A stretch of DNA of 64,000 bases, from NCBI GenBank assembly GCA_900088475.1, contig FLMG01000335.1, forward strand, positions 196,692 through 260,691. Reading direction: 5' to 3'. The notes under the pieces are model-generated. The model searched no databases, was not told the DNA's origin, and saw only the letters and a list, made by a program, of their open reading frames with translations. The stretch is from Hyphochytrium catenoides. Taxonomy: Eukaryota; Protista; Hyphochytriomycota. How positions within the stretch are numbered: position 1 is the stretch's first letter; the number at the start of each line of letters is the position of its first letter. The translations under genes were made by a program, and so were the position numbers. Below, in pieces: positions 36,129 to 49,257 of the stretch.

Positions 36129-39100
36129 ATGGAGAACGTATTACTCAGAAGAATGCCGCGGGCGGGTGGAGAAATAGCATTGCCAGAAGGGGCGAACTCT
36201 CTTTCTCTTCCAGAGGGATTTGCACTTAGAGTGGGCACCGATGAGGAAAACGACATTGTTCTTGACGCCGGTCAGCAAGAGGTAAGATTACAGAGCAATA
36301 AGGGAGAGCGGAAAGTAGTAGTCGAAAGTGAGGGGATAGGGGCGACGAGTAGGCAGATAAAAAGACAGCGTGAGAGAGCGTATGTCAAGGAATGGACTTT
36401 GAGCTAGGAAGGATGGTGACGGTAGCGACCAAAGAAAAGTCTGAAGGCGGACTTTTCCAAAAAGACCTTGAGTCCTCTCTTGCGATATCTCAGATCTCTT
36501 ATCGGCCTGCTTCGTTGCTCTCCCTAGGTATCGGGCTCTCACGGAACTTTTGAGCGAACATCAAGGCTAGGAGTCATTGTCTACACAGATCACAGGCAAG
36601 CGCAACCCCCTGACTGTGTCTCTGCTGGCCTTCTCTCTCCCTCTCTCTCTCACTTCTTCTCTCTGCCTCTCTCTCTGCCTTCCTCTCTTCTTCGTTCTCT
36701 CACTCTCTCTCTCTTCCTACTTCTCTCTCTCTCTCCCTCTCTCTCCCTCTACCCTCGCTTCTAAAGCAGCCGGCCCTTTCATTCTTTGGTTGGCTCGATC
36801 CCTTTCATCTTTGGTCGTGCCATTTGGCTGTACTAGCTCCCCATTTTTTCGCTCTCTCTGTCTGGCTTCTTATGCTCATAGACTAATAGGGTAACCCTTC
36901 AGCCTTCCCTTGTCGTCCTTATGGTCCCACCATTTCTGTCTCTTCTCTCTCTCTCCACCTACTCCCTATTCTTATATCCCTCTATGCCTATGTCCCCACT
37001 TCTCGCGCTGAACCTACTCTGTGATTTGTTTAGTGATTATGGGAGTAATGTAAATGGAAGTGAACTGCGGCAAGGCTCTGTGGTACTTGGGGACGGGGAT
37101 CTTGTGTCCTTTGGCTCCACTACGGTAGCAGTTGAGGTGTGGACGAGGAAGATAAGCAGGGAAGGAAAGCCCACGATCCCTGTTCCCACTATCTTCTCCC
37201 CCCGGCGTTGCTCTTCTTGTTCGTCGTCGAATGGCTCCCGGGAAGGCAACAGTGAGGAGCTTTGCAGTCCAGAAAAGCAGGTAAGGAAGCGCTGGTTAAA
37301 TTACTTTCTACTTTCTGCTCGTCGCTCTTCGAATTGTCGTGGTTATATTCTTCTCCCTCTCGCTTGCCTGCTCGTACTGCTCTGTGCACTGACGGCCTTA
37401 TTCAACCTGCCTTCGCTTTGCAATCCTAGGGTCCCAATGCCGCCAGCGTCGAACCTGGTTCTCCTCGGTTTAAAGGATCTGTTGGCGGCCCAAGTGTGGT
37501 GTACAAGACTCTTTCCTCTGCCATAAAGAACCCGTCTCGCACACCAGTGGTAGGTGGCAATGGNNNNNNNNNNNNNNNNNNNNNNNNNNNNNNNNNNNNN
37601 NNNNNNNNNNNNNNNNNNNNNNNNNNTCTGCATCGCGTAACTCAGGCTGAAACTGGGTTTATTGGACCATCTCTATCTCTCTGCTGTACGGCCTGGTTCC
37701 TTTGACCAAATCAAGCCAATCTTGGTCTCCGCTCCGTTTCTTAATCACTATTCCCATTTACTTCTGTAGAGCCAGAACAAGCTCAGACCGATGACGGTGC
37801 TGCAGTCTCATATGGGGAAGAGCCTGCCAAGGGTGCCGTCAGGGCAACTAGTTGCTCCAAGCTCTCAGGTCTGCGCCATATCTCCCATTCCTGAACTACT
37901 ACTTCCCTTGAGCGACAGCCCTAGCCTAGATCAAGCGCAGTCCTCGTCGGGCTGTCAGGTCATTTACCCTTTGCCACTTGATTTGATTCTCTTGTCTGCA
38001 TTCCTCTGCTTGACGCTAGCCTTTCCAGTGAGCCCAACCTCTTCTGTCTTCATAATATCAGAGAAACCTGCCCTCCGACCTCACTTATTAAGCTTTATAC
38101 TTTTCCACAGGAATTTGCGGCCGTGAAGAACCAGCCACACTCCAGTGCCTCGCCCGTTACCAAGATAGATGACTACACAGGGACAAGGAAGCTCGTAGGT
38201 CCCACAACCTACTACGGCTCGGTACCAGGACAAGCGAGAGGAAAACTAATGACGAACGAGGAGGCAAGAGATGAATCACAGCCAAAGCTAAACATCGCGC
38301 AAGTAGAAGACGACTGGGAAGAAGAGGCTATGCTCCATCCGCCAGAACACTCGTCAAGCCCTCTTCCTATCGACAACTTCCGCAAGGTAGACCGGCATAG
38401 ACGTATCGTTGACACTCTCCTCTTCGTTTGTCGTTTCGTTTGGTGGAGTGTCCCTGTCTGAAGACAAGATGGCCTCCGGTCCATCCTTCGCCGGGTGACT
38501 GTCTCTCTTTACGGCGTTGTCTTGCCATGTATAACCTCTCTGCTATCTATGAGTGCATACGCCAGATCTAATGAATGATACAGAAGTCGAAGAGGCTGAT
38601 GCCAGTGCGCTGTGCCATACGCTCTAAAGCAGCATTTAGAGCTGCGAGGGATGGGCTGAAGAGAGAGGAGGGCGTTATGGACTGGCATGAGCCAGAGGTA
38701 CGTCACTACCTTACTTCTTAGTAGCATTCCACTTTATCGCAGTCAGTCCTATGGTCCCTCTTCTGCTCAATGCTTTTTGCTCTCTCTCCCTGCCTCTCTA
38801 TCTCTAAGTTTACCTATATGGCCGCTCTAGCACAAAGCTCTTCTTCCCCTTCGCTCCTTTCTTTTCGTCGCGTCTTCCGTCCCGGGCTTTCAAGGGTTAG
38901 TGCCGGTAGGCGGAATTGTGACCTAAACGACGCTCTTCAGGCTGGTCGAACTTCATCCGAGAAGGGTGAGGATCTCTGGAAATTGGACGGCAACGGTATT
39001 CCGGAGGAAGATGGTATCAAGAGCGCACCCAGGTCACCTCCTGTTCCTCTTTTTCCACCGCTTACTTCTTGTTAATGCCATTCACTGCCTCGACCTAATC

Positions 39101-39639
39101 CGGCAGCTCTCGGCCGCTCGCCTCTCCTACTCCTTCCCCAACGAGCAGTGCGGCCGACCTGGACTTTGGAGACTCCAAGTCCTCCTGCAGCTCCAGGGAC
39201 TTTGCAGATGGGCTTTCTAGTGGTAAGATAGGAGACAGAAGATCCACACATAAGGGCGTTGAAGAGTCAATCATGATCATGGAAGTAGGAAAGAGATAGA
39301 GACAGAGATTTGGGGATTGGCAGAGAGAGCTTCAGGCATTATGCGTTTAGTTCGGTGGCTTCTCAAGGTGTTCTCTGCCCATTTCCCTCTTCTCGCTCTC
39401 TCATATCCTCCTTTTTGTTTTCATTGTGTCATGCAGACACAGACAAGAGTCTGGAGAGAATGCTTCTCTCCTCTTCCGTGGCGGTAGAGCCGGAGGGGGA
39501 TCTCTCTCCGCGCAAGCCGTCACAATCTTTCCATAAGAAGATGTTCCTCGCGCCATTTGAGGACAGTGACATCCTGGCCATGTCATCTCCAGCTTCCTCG
39601 CAGACTCTGCCAAGGGCTATCCTCTCGTCCTCTCATTAG
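36129..39639 (+). CDS. FHA-domain protein with long Ser/Pro-rich disordered C-terminus, multi-exon (spans an N gap)
   Basis: LRVGTDEENDIVLDAGQQE | VSGSHGTFERTSRLGVIVYTDH | SDYGSNVNGSELRQGSVVLGDGDLVSFGST matches the FHA pattern (G..., S..H, G..VNG, L.DGD.V.FG). Downstream exon chain and stop are approximate. Confidence 0.7.
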
Positions 39640-40460
39640 TCGATGACGCATAAAGGACGGATCGGGACCGGTGGAGCTCTCTAGAACTGCTAAAGGAGCC
39701 CCAAGACTTAGACTGAAAGCAAGGCTCTGACAGAGGCAGCAAGAGCGACGCCATGCCTATATCACCACAATGTATATAGAGAAACAACAGAGGGCGACTG
39801 GCATTTTCTCTCGACAGCGGACGGAAGAAGGAACAAGGTGGATTGTAAGGAAGGAAACCGCACCTGCTTGGAGAGTGAACAGGTCGTCCTAGAGAATAAA
39901 TTATTGTCAAACTAAGGTCTGGCCCCGCCTACAGCTTCCTCTGCGCTATCGATCTCTAGAGGAGGCCGTGCCTCCAGACGCGCACTGCCGATCATTGCCC
40001 ATCAGCCTTCTCTCTGGCCAGTGAGTGCACCGCCTCTCTTCTGCCCGTGCCCTGAAGCTCTCAAGGAAAAAGAAGTTAGATTTTTAGTCTCTTGACAGAA
40101 CTATCCAGTCCTTTTCGCAATATTCTCGGTATGAGGTCTATGCAAATAAGGCGTACTGCTGTGTATAATGTAGTGAAAAATAAAGTGGGTGGAGATAGGA
40201 ATCTGTGTGGCCTATAATTGTCGCTTCCAGCTTCAACTTCAGCCTGAAGATTTTGTGATGTTGTGCCGATTGCAGGGAGTGTCAGGCTCCAAGGCCTTGA
40301 CAGATGGCGCAGCAGCAGCTCTGGAACGCTGACAAGAAGGCGCATTATCCTACAGATTAGACGTGTATGGAGCTCTCTCGTTGCTTCTACCTATCTCCAG
40401 AGGGCAATCTTGCTGGCGTACACAGCAGGAGGAAGAGAGCAACAGTTCCAATCGAGGCTG

Positions 40461-43400
40461 ATGGCGGGTGCAGGAAGAGGAAGAAAGGACGCGGAGTCCT
40501 ACGCAGAAGGCCCATCTTCCCTTAGTCAAAACTATGGTGAAGCACCGTTCTCCTTCGTTGACTGGCTCCAGTTCGAGTGCTTTGTAGTTTCAGCCTTTGG
40601 ATTATGCTGCAGAGCTAGCGCTCACTAATCCCTTTTCCACAGTCTCGCTTATTCACTGCCACTCCATCGCCTCACATGTCTCTCCTCCTCGTCTTGTCAG
40701 GGTTGGTGGAGGTCAGCACTTTTCACGGCTTGCAAGGGAAGAGTTCTGCCTCGTCTGTTGACTTGGCCACGGCCACTTCCTCGACGGATAGTCTTCCGCC
40801 CTGGCTACGGACAGCTGTCATCAAACCCTTGACGTAAGCTACATCCAAAGTGTCGGCCTTCTTCTGTTCTGCCTATCTCTTCCAACATTGACCTTCCTTT
40901 GATTTCTCTTTCCCTTCGTCTCTTCAAGGTATTGCGGTCGATGCTATGGAAGTGTTCCGCTACTTAGACTCTCTAAGAAGCTCCCTTCCCACCCTCTATC
41001 CCAATTGTCTCTACTGTCCTCTGCTATCCCACAGGTCCGTACAGAAAGTAATTTTCGACATGTTCCTTCCTGTCGGCTACCCAGCGTCAGTCTCAGAGGT
41101 GGGTGCTCTTGAATGTTTAGGATGTCGGGTCAATGGAAGGACAGAGAAGAGAGCAACGTTAATAGGCTATCTAAACAAAGCGGCGGAAGCAAGAAGTGTC
41201 TGGCTCACGCGCACAATGATGTCAAAGGAGAGAGTGAGATGGACGGTTGCTTTTTGTTAGCCTGTATGAGTAGGCAGGAGGGACGGGAGCAGGAGCCCGA
41301 GGCAGACACAGAGAGAGAGACGAGGCCAAGAGCTGCCAGGAAAGGAAGTCAACTGACTGACCGGATGACTAGGGTCTAGGATTAAAAGAACAGTCTGCAC
41401 ACGAGCTGTGCTTGTTCCCTCTCAACTCCACTCAAGAGTTGCTCATCATTTGCTTTGCTCAACAGGATTACCTTCAATTCCAGTTTTGGGACACACTTCA
41501 GGTACATGTCGAGTGAGCTGTTGACCTTGACCCCTCGTCTCTCTCTCTCTCTCTCTCCCTGTTTGTCTCTCTATATATATACCTAATTTTTAGTATATAT
41601 TCTTCTCTCTTTCTCCTTCACCCACACCGACCGTTTCTCTCTTTGTCTCTCTCTCTCTCCGTCCTCTCTTTCTGTCTGTGCCGCTCTCGCCCTTCCAGGG
41701 CCACTCTTCCTGGCCAGTTGGTAGCTGTCTTTGACCAGCTCCTTTCATTTATCTATTCTATTGGCTTAACGTCCTCTTCGTCTTTACTCCCTACCAGGGG
41801 ATGTGTAGTTACCTGCGTGGCATTCTTGCTACTCAGGCAGTGCTCGAGGGTGTTGGGGTGGGCAAAGGTGGGGTGCGCACTAATCTGAAGACAATGTAGC
41901 CACTCCTTTGTAGCAGCCTTCCCCATCTTTCGCCGCCGACGCGGTCCTCCCCCATTTGCCTCCTGTCATCGGAAAGGGCCATAGAGGCCTACTTCAGAAA
42001 GCTTCTCGTTTTATGCCTCACCTATAATCGTGCTCTTTACCCTTCTGCTTTGTCAACTAGAAAGCGCAACGCCGCTTGCTGCCGCTATCCAGTGGGTCAT
42101 AAGGGACGGTTCGGGTATGAAAAGTTTTCATACGCATCTCTTCTCCGGCTCGTTAAGGGCTCTTTGGCACTCTTCCAATTCGTCTCCCCCTAATATTCCT
42201 CGCCGCCCCTAACCAAAGTTGCCCGCCCATTAACGATCTCTTCCTTCCTTCTTCTTCTGCCTCTCTTCTTCCTGCATCACCTTCAATTCTTCTTGAGAGA
42301 ATCACTCTTTCTGTCTCAGCTCAATTCATTTCATATTTTCTCTTCCAGGTATGCTCGGGGGTTTAGCCTTCGCCTACGCTGCCTCTCATCGTTTTGATGC
42401 TGATGTGAAGAAATGGAGATTATTTGCTGATCTGATCAATGATGTAGCCCTCACAATAGGTGAGGAACTTTCCATCTGAAGATGTGGGCCCCTTTCTTCT
42501 CTTTTGGGATATATTCCCTCTTGTTGGTGAGAATCTGCCGGACCCTTATGTGTAGCTTTCTCTGTGACCTCTTTCGCTGTTCCGTGCAGGGCTACCTGTA
42601 TGAGGGTATGCTAGTCACTCCCCCTCCTCATTTCTTCCACTTCTCTTGCTGTCTTTCTCCCATACTCTGCCTCTCTCTCTCTTTGTTCGTTTAAACAGTC
42701 ATCTGAGCTTCACCCCCGCCTATGAATTGTTCTGGTCCCGCTGAATTACTCTTCGCTTCTAGAAATGCTTGCGCCCTTCTTTCCTGGCTACGTAACCTAC
42801 GCTCTCAGTTTGGCGGCAGTGTGCAAGAGTTTATGTGGTGTCGCTGCGGGTGCTACACGGTCGACTCTCACTGCACATTTCGCTTTGAAGGATAATATGG
42901 CTGGTACAAGGCTACACTATCCGATTCGCAGACTTGTGTCCCTCTGGAGTCTTCCGTGCTAATAGTTGTTTGACGAATCTCCTTCGCCTCCTCTTCACTA
43001 TCTCGATATGTTGCATTCCCCGTGTACAGCTTACCCTTGAATGCTCTTTCTTGGGTGCTATCCATCGCGTTGCCTGGACGACCCTTAAGCCTGCGCTGTA
43101 GTTCTAAATTTCTCAATCTATAGATATTGCCGCAAAGGAGGGATCCCAAGAGACGGCGGTGCACCTCTTGGGCTTATGTTTCGGTCAGCCTCCGCCTACC
43201 TGGTCCTCCTAGAGTCCTTGTCATCACTCTATGAGTACTGTCTGTCCTTGACGCATCTTGGCTTCACGATGCTGGGTCTGGTCACTGGACACTCCTGTCG
43301 GTTTTGTTAACTCTTGCATTCTACTCCTACCTCTAAGCTAGTCACCTTTGTGCAGGAATGTATTTCGCCTCCTTGGTCAACAAGTCAAGACAGAGTGTGT

Positions 43401-44674
43401 GGACGGCCTTCGTATTACTGACTCTCTTTCATGTCTTTGCGAATTACAAGGTGGTGGTTGCTTGCTGTACTTTCCCTAATGGCCTTGATCTGTCGATAGC
43501 AAGTCTACATGTCCTTATCTACCGTCTATAGCCCTATAGTTTCCCACCGATAGGAGGAGGTGGTCCGTCAGGAGTAGGGATGTACTCCTCTTGCAACTAG
43601 TTCCGCTCTCTCTGCTCGTCTCTCCTCCAAATGTGCTGCTGAAGCTAGATCTCTTACCGTTTGCCCCTCAGGGAGTGAAGTGCCTAAGGCTGCCGTTGCT
43701 GAACTGTTCTCGTTTAGATATATTGCTACAGAGATATAGAGCATTATCGGAGTCAGACCTGGTTGGCAGCGCTGTAAGTAACGCGGGTTAATACGCTTGA
43801 TAGTCTGTCTCCGTGGGGCAGGCGCCGAGAAAGTGGCGAGGAGGAAGGGAGGCATGATGAATAATGAGCTGCTAGACCAATTTTGGCCAGGAAGAGAAAG
43901 TGCGTCTTCATGGTGATGATTATCCCTTCTAACACTCGGTTGTTACAGTCTTTCAGCGTTGCGTCCGTAGCGAGGGAGGAGACTGTCTTCTTCAATCCTT
44001 TCTCGCTCTGCTTTCCTTCATCAGAACGGCGCATTGTCATGGGTTCCAGGGTCGGTCAAGCTCTGAAAGGGCTCTCCGAAAAGGAGTATCAACTCCTGCG
44101 TGACGTCTTTAGGTTAGTACCTGTTGTTCTCCGCCCTTAGCTTACCATTTGCTTACAAACCTCTCCCTTCTCTTCTCCATGTCTGCCATCTGGTCTCGCT
44201 TCATCCATTTATCTATTCTGATGTCACGTCCTCGTTTGCAGCGCCCTCTACCCATTCTGAGGCTGTCTAACTCTTTTTTATATATCCCTTCGATAGGGAA
44301 GAGCGGTTCTTCCTCATCGTGCAAGAAGGGTGTATACTCATTCTGTTGCAGGACACAGCCAGCGTAAGCGCCTGACGTAGCCCCATTTCCAATCTTTTGC
44401 TCTTCTCTCTCTTTTGCCCTCTCTTTATTCTTGACTCTTTTTGATAACCTTCATCGTTTAGCCCCTAGATGAGCTTCGGGCGTACATGGTAGCCGCCTAT
44501 GTCCGAGGAATGAAGACATGTGAGAAGGAAGGAGAGGCGCAGTCCGCACATCAAGGGCTTGCATTTGTTGATAAGCACTTTGATTCTTTCTGCCAGATCC
44601 TTAGGGCGGAGGGATGGAGGACAGATCGGTTGTGTCTCGGAACGAAGGAATGGAGATATAAGCAGTGCGATTAG
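40461..44674 (+). CDS. RUS1 / DUF647 family (root UVB sensitive 1-like) membrane protein, multi-exon
   Basis: FLPVGYPASVSE | DYLQFQFWDTLQ | GMCSYLRGILATQAVLEGVGVG | ATPLAAAIQWVIRDGSG | FDADVKKWRLFADLINDVA | KSLCGVAAGATRSTLTAHFALKDNMA | DIAAKEGSQET ... LHVFANYK ... GWRTDRLCLGTKEWR. Confidence 0.92.
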
Positions 44675-45184
44675 GGGTTTAAGAGAACTGGCAAGATCCG
44701 AGAGTGCTAAAAAGCTGGGTAGCCTTAATCTAGGACCAGCCAAAGCAAGTGGGAGCATTCGAAATCTGCAGAACAGGGACTCTGGCGAATATCTCGTACC
44801 AGAAGAAGAGGGCCCACGGTGAGCAGGTCACCCTCATGAGCCGTTTCTATAGCAGCTTTACTCTATCGCTTTGTACAGAGTCCACGTACTTGTTATGCAG
44901 TAGCGTCTGCCTTCGCCCAAGAACAGCGGTGTGCGGCTAGCTCTTGGCATGGTTTTAAGCTGAAGTAGTCCACACAGCAACTTTTCTTCCTCCAGCAGGT
45001 GCGGGACCGCTTCTGACGGTACCGCTTCCTGACTGTGGGCTTACATCTCCAACGATGTCGACTTCTAGTTAAAGCGTACAACAATAATAATAGAGAGAAT
45101 AGAAGTCTTCGGCCATGGCTCCTCCTCGACTGCGCCAGAGCTGTCACGGAATCCGGTAGCACGGCGTCTACGGTGGGCTCTGTT

Positions 45185-48100
45185 TTACTCCTTCTTTTGC
45201 TTCCCAGTAGCCAGCCCTGGACCTTTTCGAACGTCATCTCGAAGCAACCGGGGCGAAGAGCACCAAGTGAAGATCAAGAGATAAACTAAGCCTGTGACAG
45301 CCAGCGACACTAGAGCCTGCTGCGGCAGAGACAGAAGGACTTGGCCATCCCAGAGTTTCTTGAAGAACTTGTGCACCTAAATAAAAGATGTTTAGCGGAA
45401 GAGAACAAAAAGCGAGACCAGCTAGGACCCAAACCCTTGGCCCTGTCAAATTTTCCAAGGACGTAGTACGCGGAAGTGACAAGTGGTGTCCCCTTGGAAC
45501 AGTACGGGCCGCGGATATCCCACCTTTCTAAGCAGTCTCCAGCTTTCTTCCATTATTGGGTTCATCGGGAAGTAGGGCCGGCGAGGTGGAGTGTTCTCTG
45601 GATGGCAGCTGTCAAACTCCAACAGTTTTCCCTCACCTACGCGCAACCCGCTATAGCGGTAACACACTCTTTCTCCATCATCCATAACATCCACAACGCC
45701 GAATTGACCTGCCACACATGCCAAAAGTTAGGGGAACAGGCAGGAGAAGAGGAGCCAGGAAGCGTAGCAAGTCCCACTTCCTTCCTAGGAAATGCGAAGT
45801 AGCGAAGGCAATAAGAAGGATCAAAGTGGGCACAGAAGATGTGGAGTTTTGAAGACGAAAGCCGTAGCCTGATGTGTTATAGACTTTACCCAGTCTCTGA
45901 GAGTCCAGGACTGAAGAGCTTAGATACAGGCATAGAAAAGACACAGACGACGGGAACCACCAGAACGAATGACGACCTGATCCAGGAAAAGCTCCATGGG
46001 AATATGGCCCTCCCTTCACACTGCCTGGTCTCCCCAAGGCTGCCGCGTGCATCACAACCATCCCTCCCGCGCTATGAGAACCATTGTCTAAGGCTAGCAT
46101 ATGGGCGTCTCCACTGACTATGACAACCTTGCTAGCAAGATCTAGGGAACGGATATACGATGCCAGCTCCTGTCTTTCCTAAGAGGGCAAAGGGATGTTA
46201 GAGAATCCATACGAGAGGAAGAGGGACAAGTGACGATTGCCGAGCACGACACACAGACACTGGGAAACTGCGCGGCGACGGGGGTGAGAGGTATAAGGAG
46301 GTGGTGAGCGACAGCACTTCTCAGCGGTCGTTTAGACTCCGTTATACCTCAGGAAAGTAGCCCCATTTCCTGAAGTTATCAAGCCAGGGCATGGTCACCG
46401 CCCAGACTATGAGCCCGACTTTCTCCTTCTCTCTCGCAGCTCTCTCTAACTCTCTCTTCAACCACTCCTTCTGCTCCACTCCGAGGACGGTCTTGTTGCT
46501 CCCTCTGGACAGATTCGGATCCCTTTCTGAACGAAGATCCGTAAGGATAAAGCGTACTCGGCCAATAGAGAAGACCTGAGGGATAGGGCCACTGCGCACA
46601 GGGGAGAGAGGGCAAAATTGAGGCGCTAAGTGAGACGAGAGAGCTTCGACATTCGAGGAGGCCGGATGTCACGGTAAGGAAAAGCGGAGAGAGGTATTGG
46701 CCCGGCCAGTACATAGTGGAGGATCGCGCACGACCTTGATCGTTGTCGAATGATCAAGGACAGGACCTTCTAGGCTGCGTCAAAGGCAGGAAGGAGAGAG
46801 ACAGAAGGACTGTGGCTGACCTCGGTCCGTAATGCCCTTGAAGTTTCGGAATATCATAGTGCGGAACATACTCCTTGTACACCTTGATTGCAGCTTCTCT
46901 GCCAGGGGCCGTACCGTCACTATTGTCAGGGCCGAAGTCGTGATCGTCCCACATATAAGCCATTGGCAGCTGGGGTGTGGAGACACTCTGTTTACTGCCT
47001 AGCCAGTCCATCTCGCTTCCCCTGCCCTCCGCTCTCCACACTCCACTCCTGCTAACTCTAACTCCTCTTCTCCTTTATGTTACTCATACCACGCTATGGC
47101 TTAAGAAGTAACCAACTGTTGACCTATCTCAGAACAGGTACTTAGACCTTACTCGCTCTGCAGTCACTCGTTGTAATTTCACCTATGGGGCCCTATCTCT
47201 TCCCTTCATCGACTTCTCACCTTTAGGCCCATCAGGGCCTTTCCAAACTTCGCCTGCATGACGCGCTCATAAGCTCCTCTATACTCTTCTGGGTCATTCC
47301 TCGCGATGTCACCGTAATGGAAGTCGCCAAGGTGGAGGAAGAGGAAAGGCTTTTGCTCTGAGAGAAGAGAGATCACCTACAAGAGAATAAAAGTGACCAC
47401 CGGCAGAAGAAAGAGGACAAAACAGAGTGGAATGAGACAAAGCCTGAAGAGACGCCGCTAGGACGATGACGGCATAGAGGGGATACCTCGAGGATGATGG
47501 AGGTAGGGCAAACAGAAATGAGGGAGATTGTCAAAGAGAAGATGAGCAGTCTAGAGATGCAACAGTATGACAAGCCACCTCTGAGAATGAAGCGAAAGAG
47601 GAAACTAAAGCGAGAGAGAAACCATACTGCTTCTGGGTAAGCCAGGCATGCACCTGGCGTATAATAGTCAGGTTGAGGAAGAAGGTCGTCGAAATCTGAG
47701 AATTAAAGAACTCAGAAGCGAGCGCGAACCTTCGGGTCTGAGTTCTCGTCGGCGCACGAAGAAAATGCGAAGCGAAAGTTCATGGGCTTTCCTTCTTCCT
47801 GCGGAAGAGATAGAGACCCAGAATGCATCTCTGAGGTTGTGAGAGACAGAGAATCCAGGGCAATGCGCCATGAATACTGTCCTCCAGGGACTAGGCCTTT
47901 GGCGTGTACGTCAAATATCTCTGGATGAGTTGTACTTTGGGCTTTGAACTCTCGAGCTTCTTCCTTGGCATTGATCTCGGTTTCTTCATTCGTCTTTGGC
48001 GAAGGGGAAGAGATGTAGAGCTTCAAACTTTCAGGACGCAGCTCTGGAGGAGGCATTTAGACAATAAGAGGATATATATATTGGCAAGCATAAGATCCTG

Positions 48101-48427
48101 CAGGACAGAGTCGGTGGACGTGAAGCTCAAGCAGAGGCGTGATAGGAGGTGTGGAAGAAGTTAGTCCTTAGCGTAGTGCTCACCATGAAGTAAGTCCTTG
48201 GGCTGCAATTTGACCTTGAACCTTGCAGAAGAGCTCGTAATAGCTCCTATCCAGACCCACTCCGCGGCCAGTGAGGAAGAGTTAGAAGAGGAAGAGAGAG
48301 AGGAGGAACCGGAAAATGTATGCTCCTTCTTTTTCTTCTTGGACGCGGCGTGGACACCGTCTAAAACGACTGTTCCTAACAGTAGAACCATCAGCATCAC
48401 TCGCCAGTGCAACGGCCCGTGCATCAT
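45185..48427 (-). CDS. phoD: PhoD-family alkaline phosphatase/phosphodiesterase with signal peptide and C-terminal transmembrane helix
   Basis: Signal peptide (VMLMVLLLGTVVLDGVHA); WVWIGAIT; FAFSSCA; FLFLHLGDFHYGDI; YMWDDHDFGPDNSD; FILTDLRSER; VLGVEQKEWLK; SGDAHMLALD; TM ALVSLAVTGLVYLLIFTW; ends GKQKKE*. Confidence 0.9.
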
Positions 48428-49257
48428 TGTACAAAGGAGCTCGGCTGACAGAAATCAGCAAGAAGGTTTAGCACATTTGCCACCAGGCCCTTGAGTCACT
48501 GACTCTTTATTCTTCCCCCTCACACGACGAACTGTTTCCCTAAAGCCTTCTCAGAAGACTGTATCGTCTGCGCTTCTCACGCTGTTGCACACTGCATGCC
48601 AGCGGCAGTCAAAAGGAGCTATGGGCAGCGGTGCAGATGATGGCAGAGCGCAGCTCGAAGAGATAGATCATCAAGAAGACCGAGGCCCAGCCCGAAAGAT
48701 CTGCAGAAAGCTCAAGCCAGGACAGTCATAAGTTGAAGATCTTGTCACAGTGTGAGGCCAAGTTGATTTATGACATAGAAACATATATGGCATGCATTAT
48801 GCATCGATATGACGCGATCATCCTCCTCATATAGTACCAATAACGCTGACAGAGAGGTACTCTATGCCAATGCCTGCATATAGAAGGCCTAGAAGAACCA
48901 TAGGGTACCCGATGTTTATTATCTGTCCAAAGCTTCTATTCCTTCACTGTCCACATTTAGTCGCTAGTGGAGAGATTTAGGCAAGAGGAGGTTACTTTTG
49001 AAAGGAGCGATGGGTGGCTTCTCGCACCCGAAGCTCCAAGCTTCATAAGAGATTGAGCGGGCAGCCAAGAGAGACGGGGCCATCAGATGATGATCAGATG
49101 ATGGAGAGGGACAATCGGAAGTTTAGCCATCCATTTTTATTCATAGTTGGAGTCCTGGGACCTCCACCTCTGACAGCAGAAACCTAAAAGAGGTTACGAT
49201 TGACCTGGACGTCCTCACAACACGGTGCCCAGAGTAGGACTGATGCCAAATAGCGGT

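Noticed and set aside
49082-49248. Possible C/D box snoRNA (ATGATGA ... CTGA)
   Set aside because: The C-box-like sequence is part of an atcagatgatg duplication, the terminal stem is poor and no rRNA guide could be identified.
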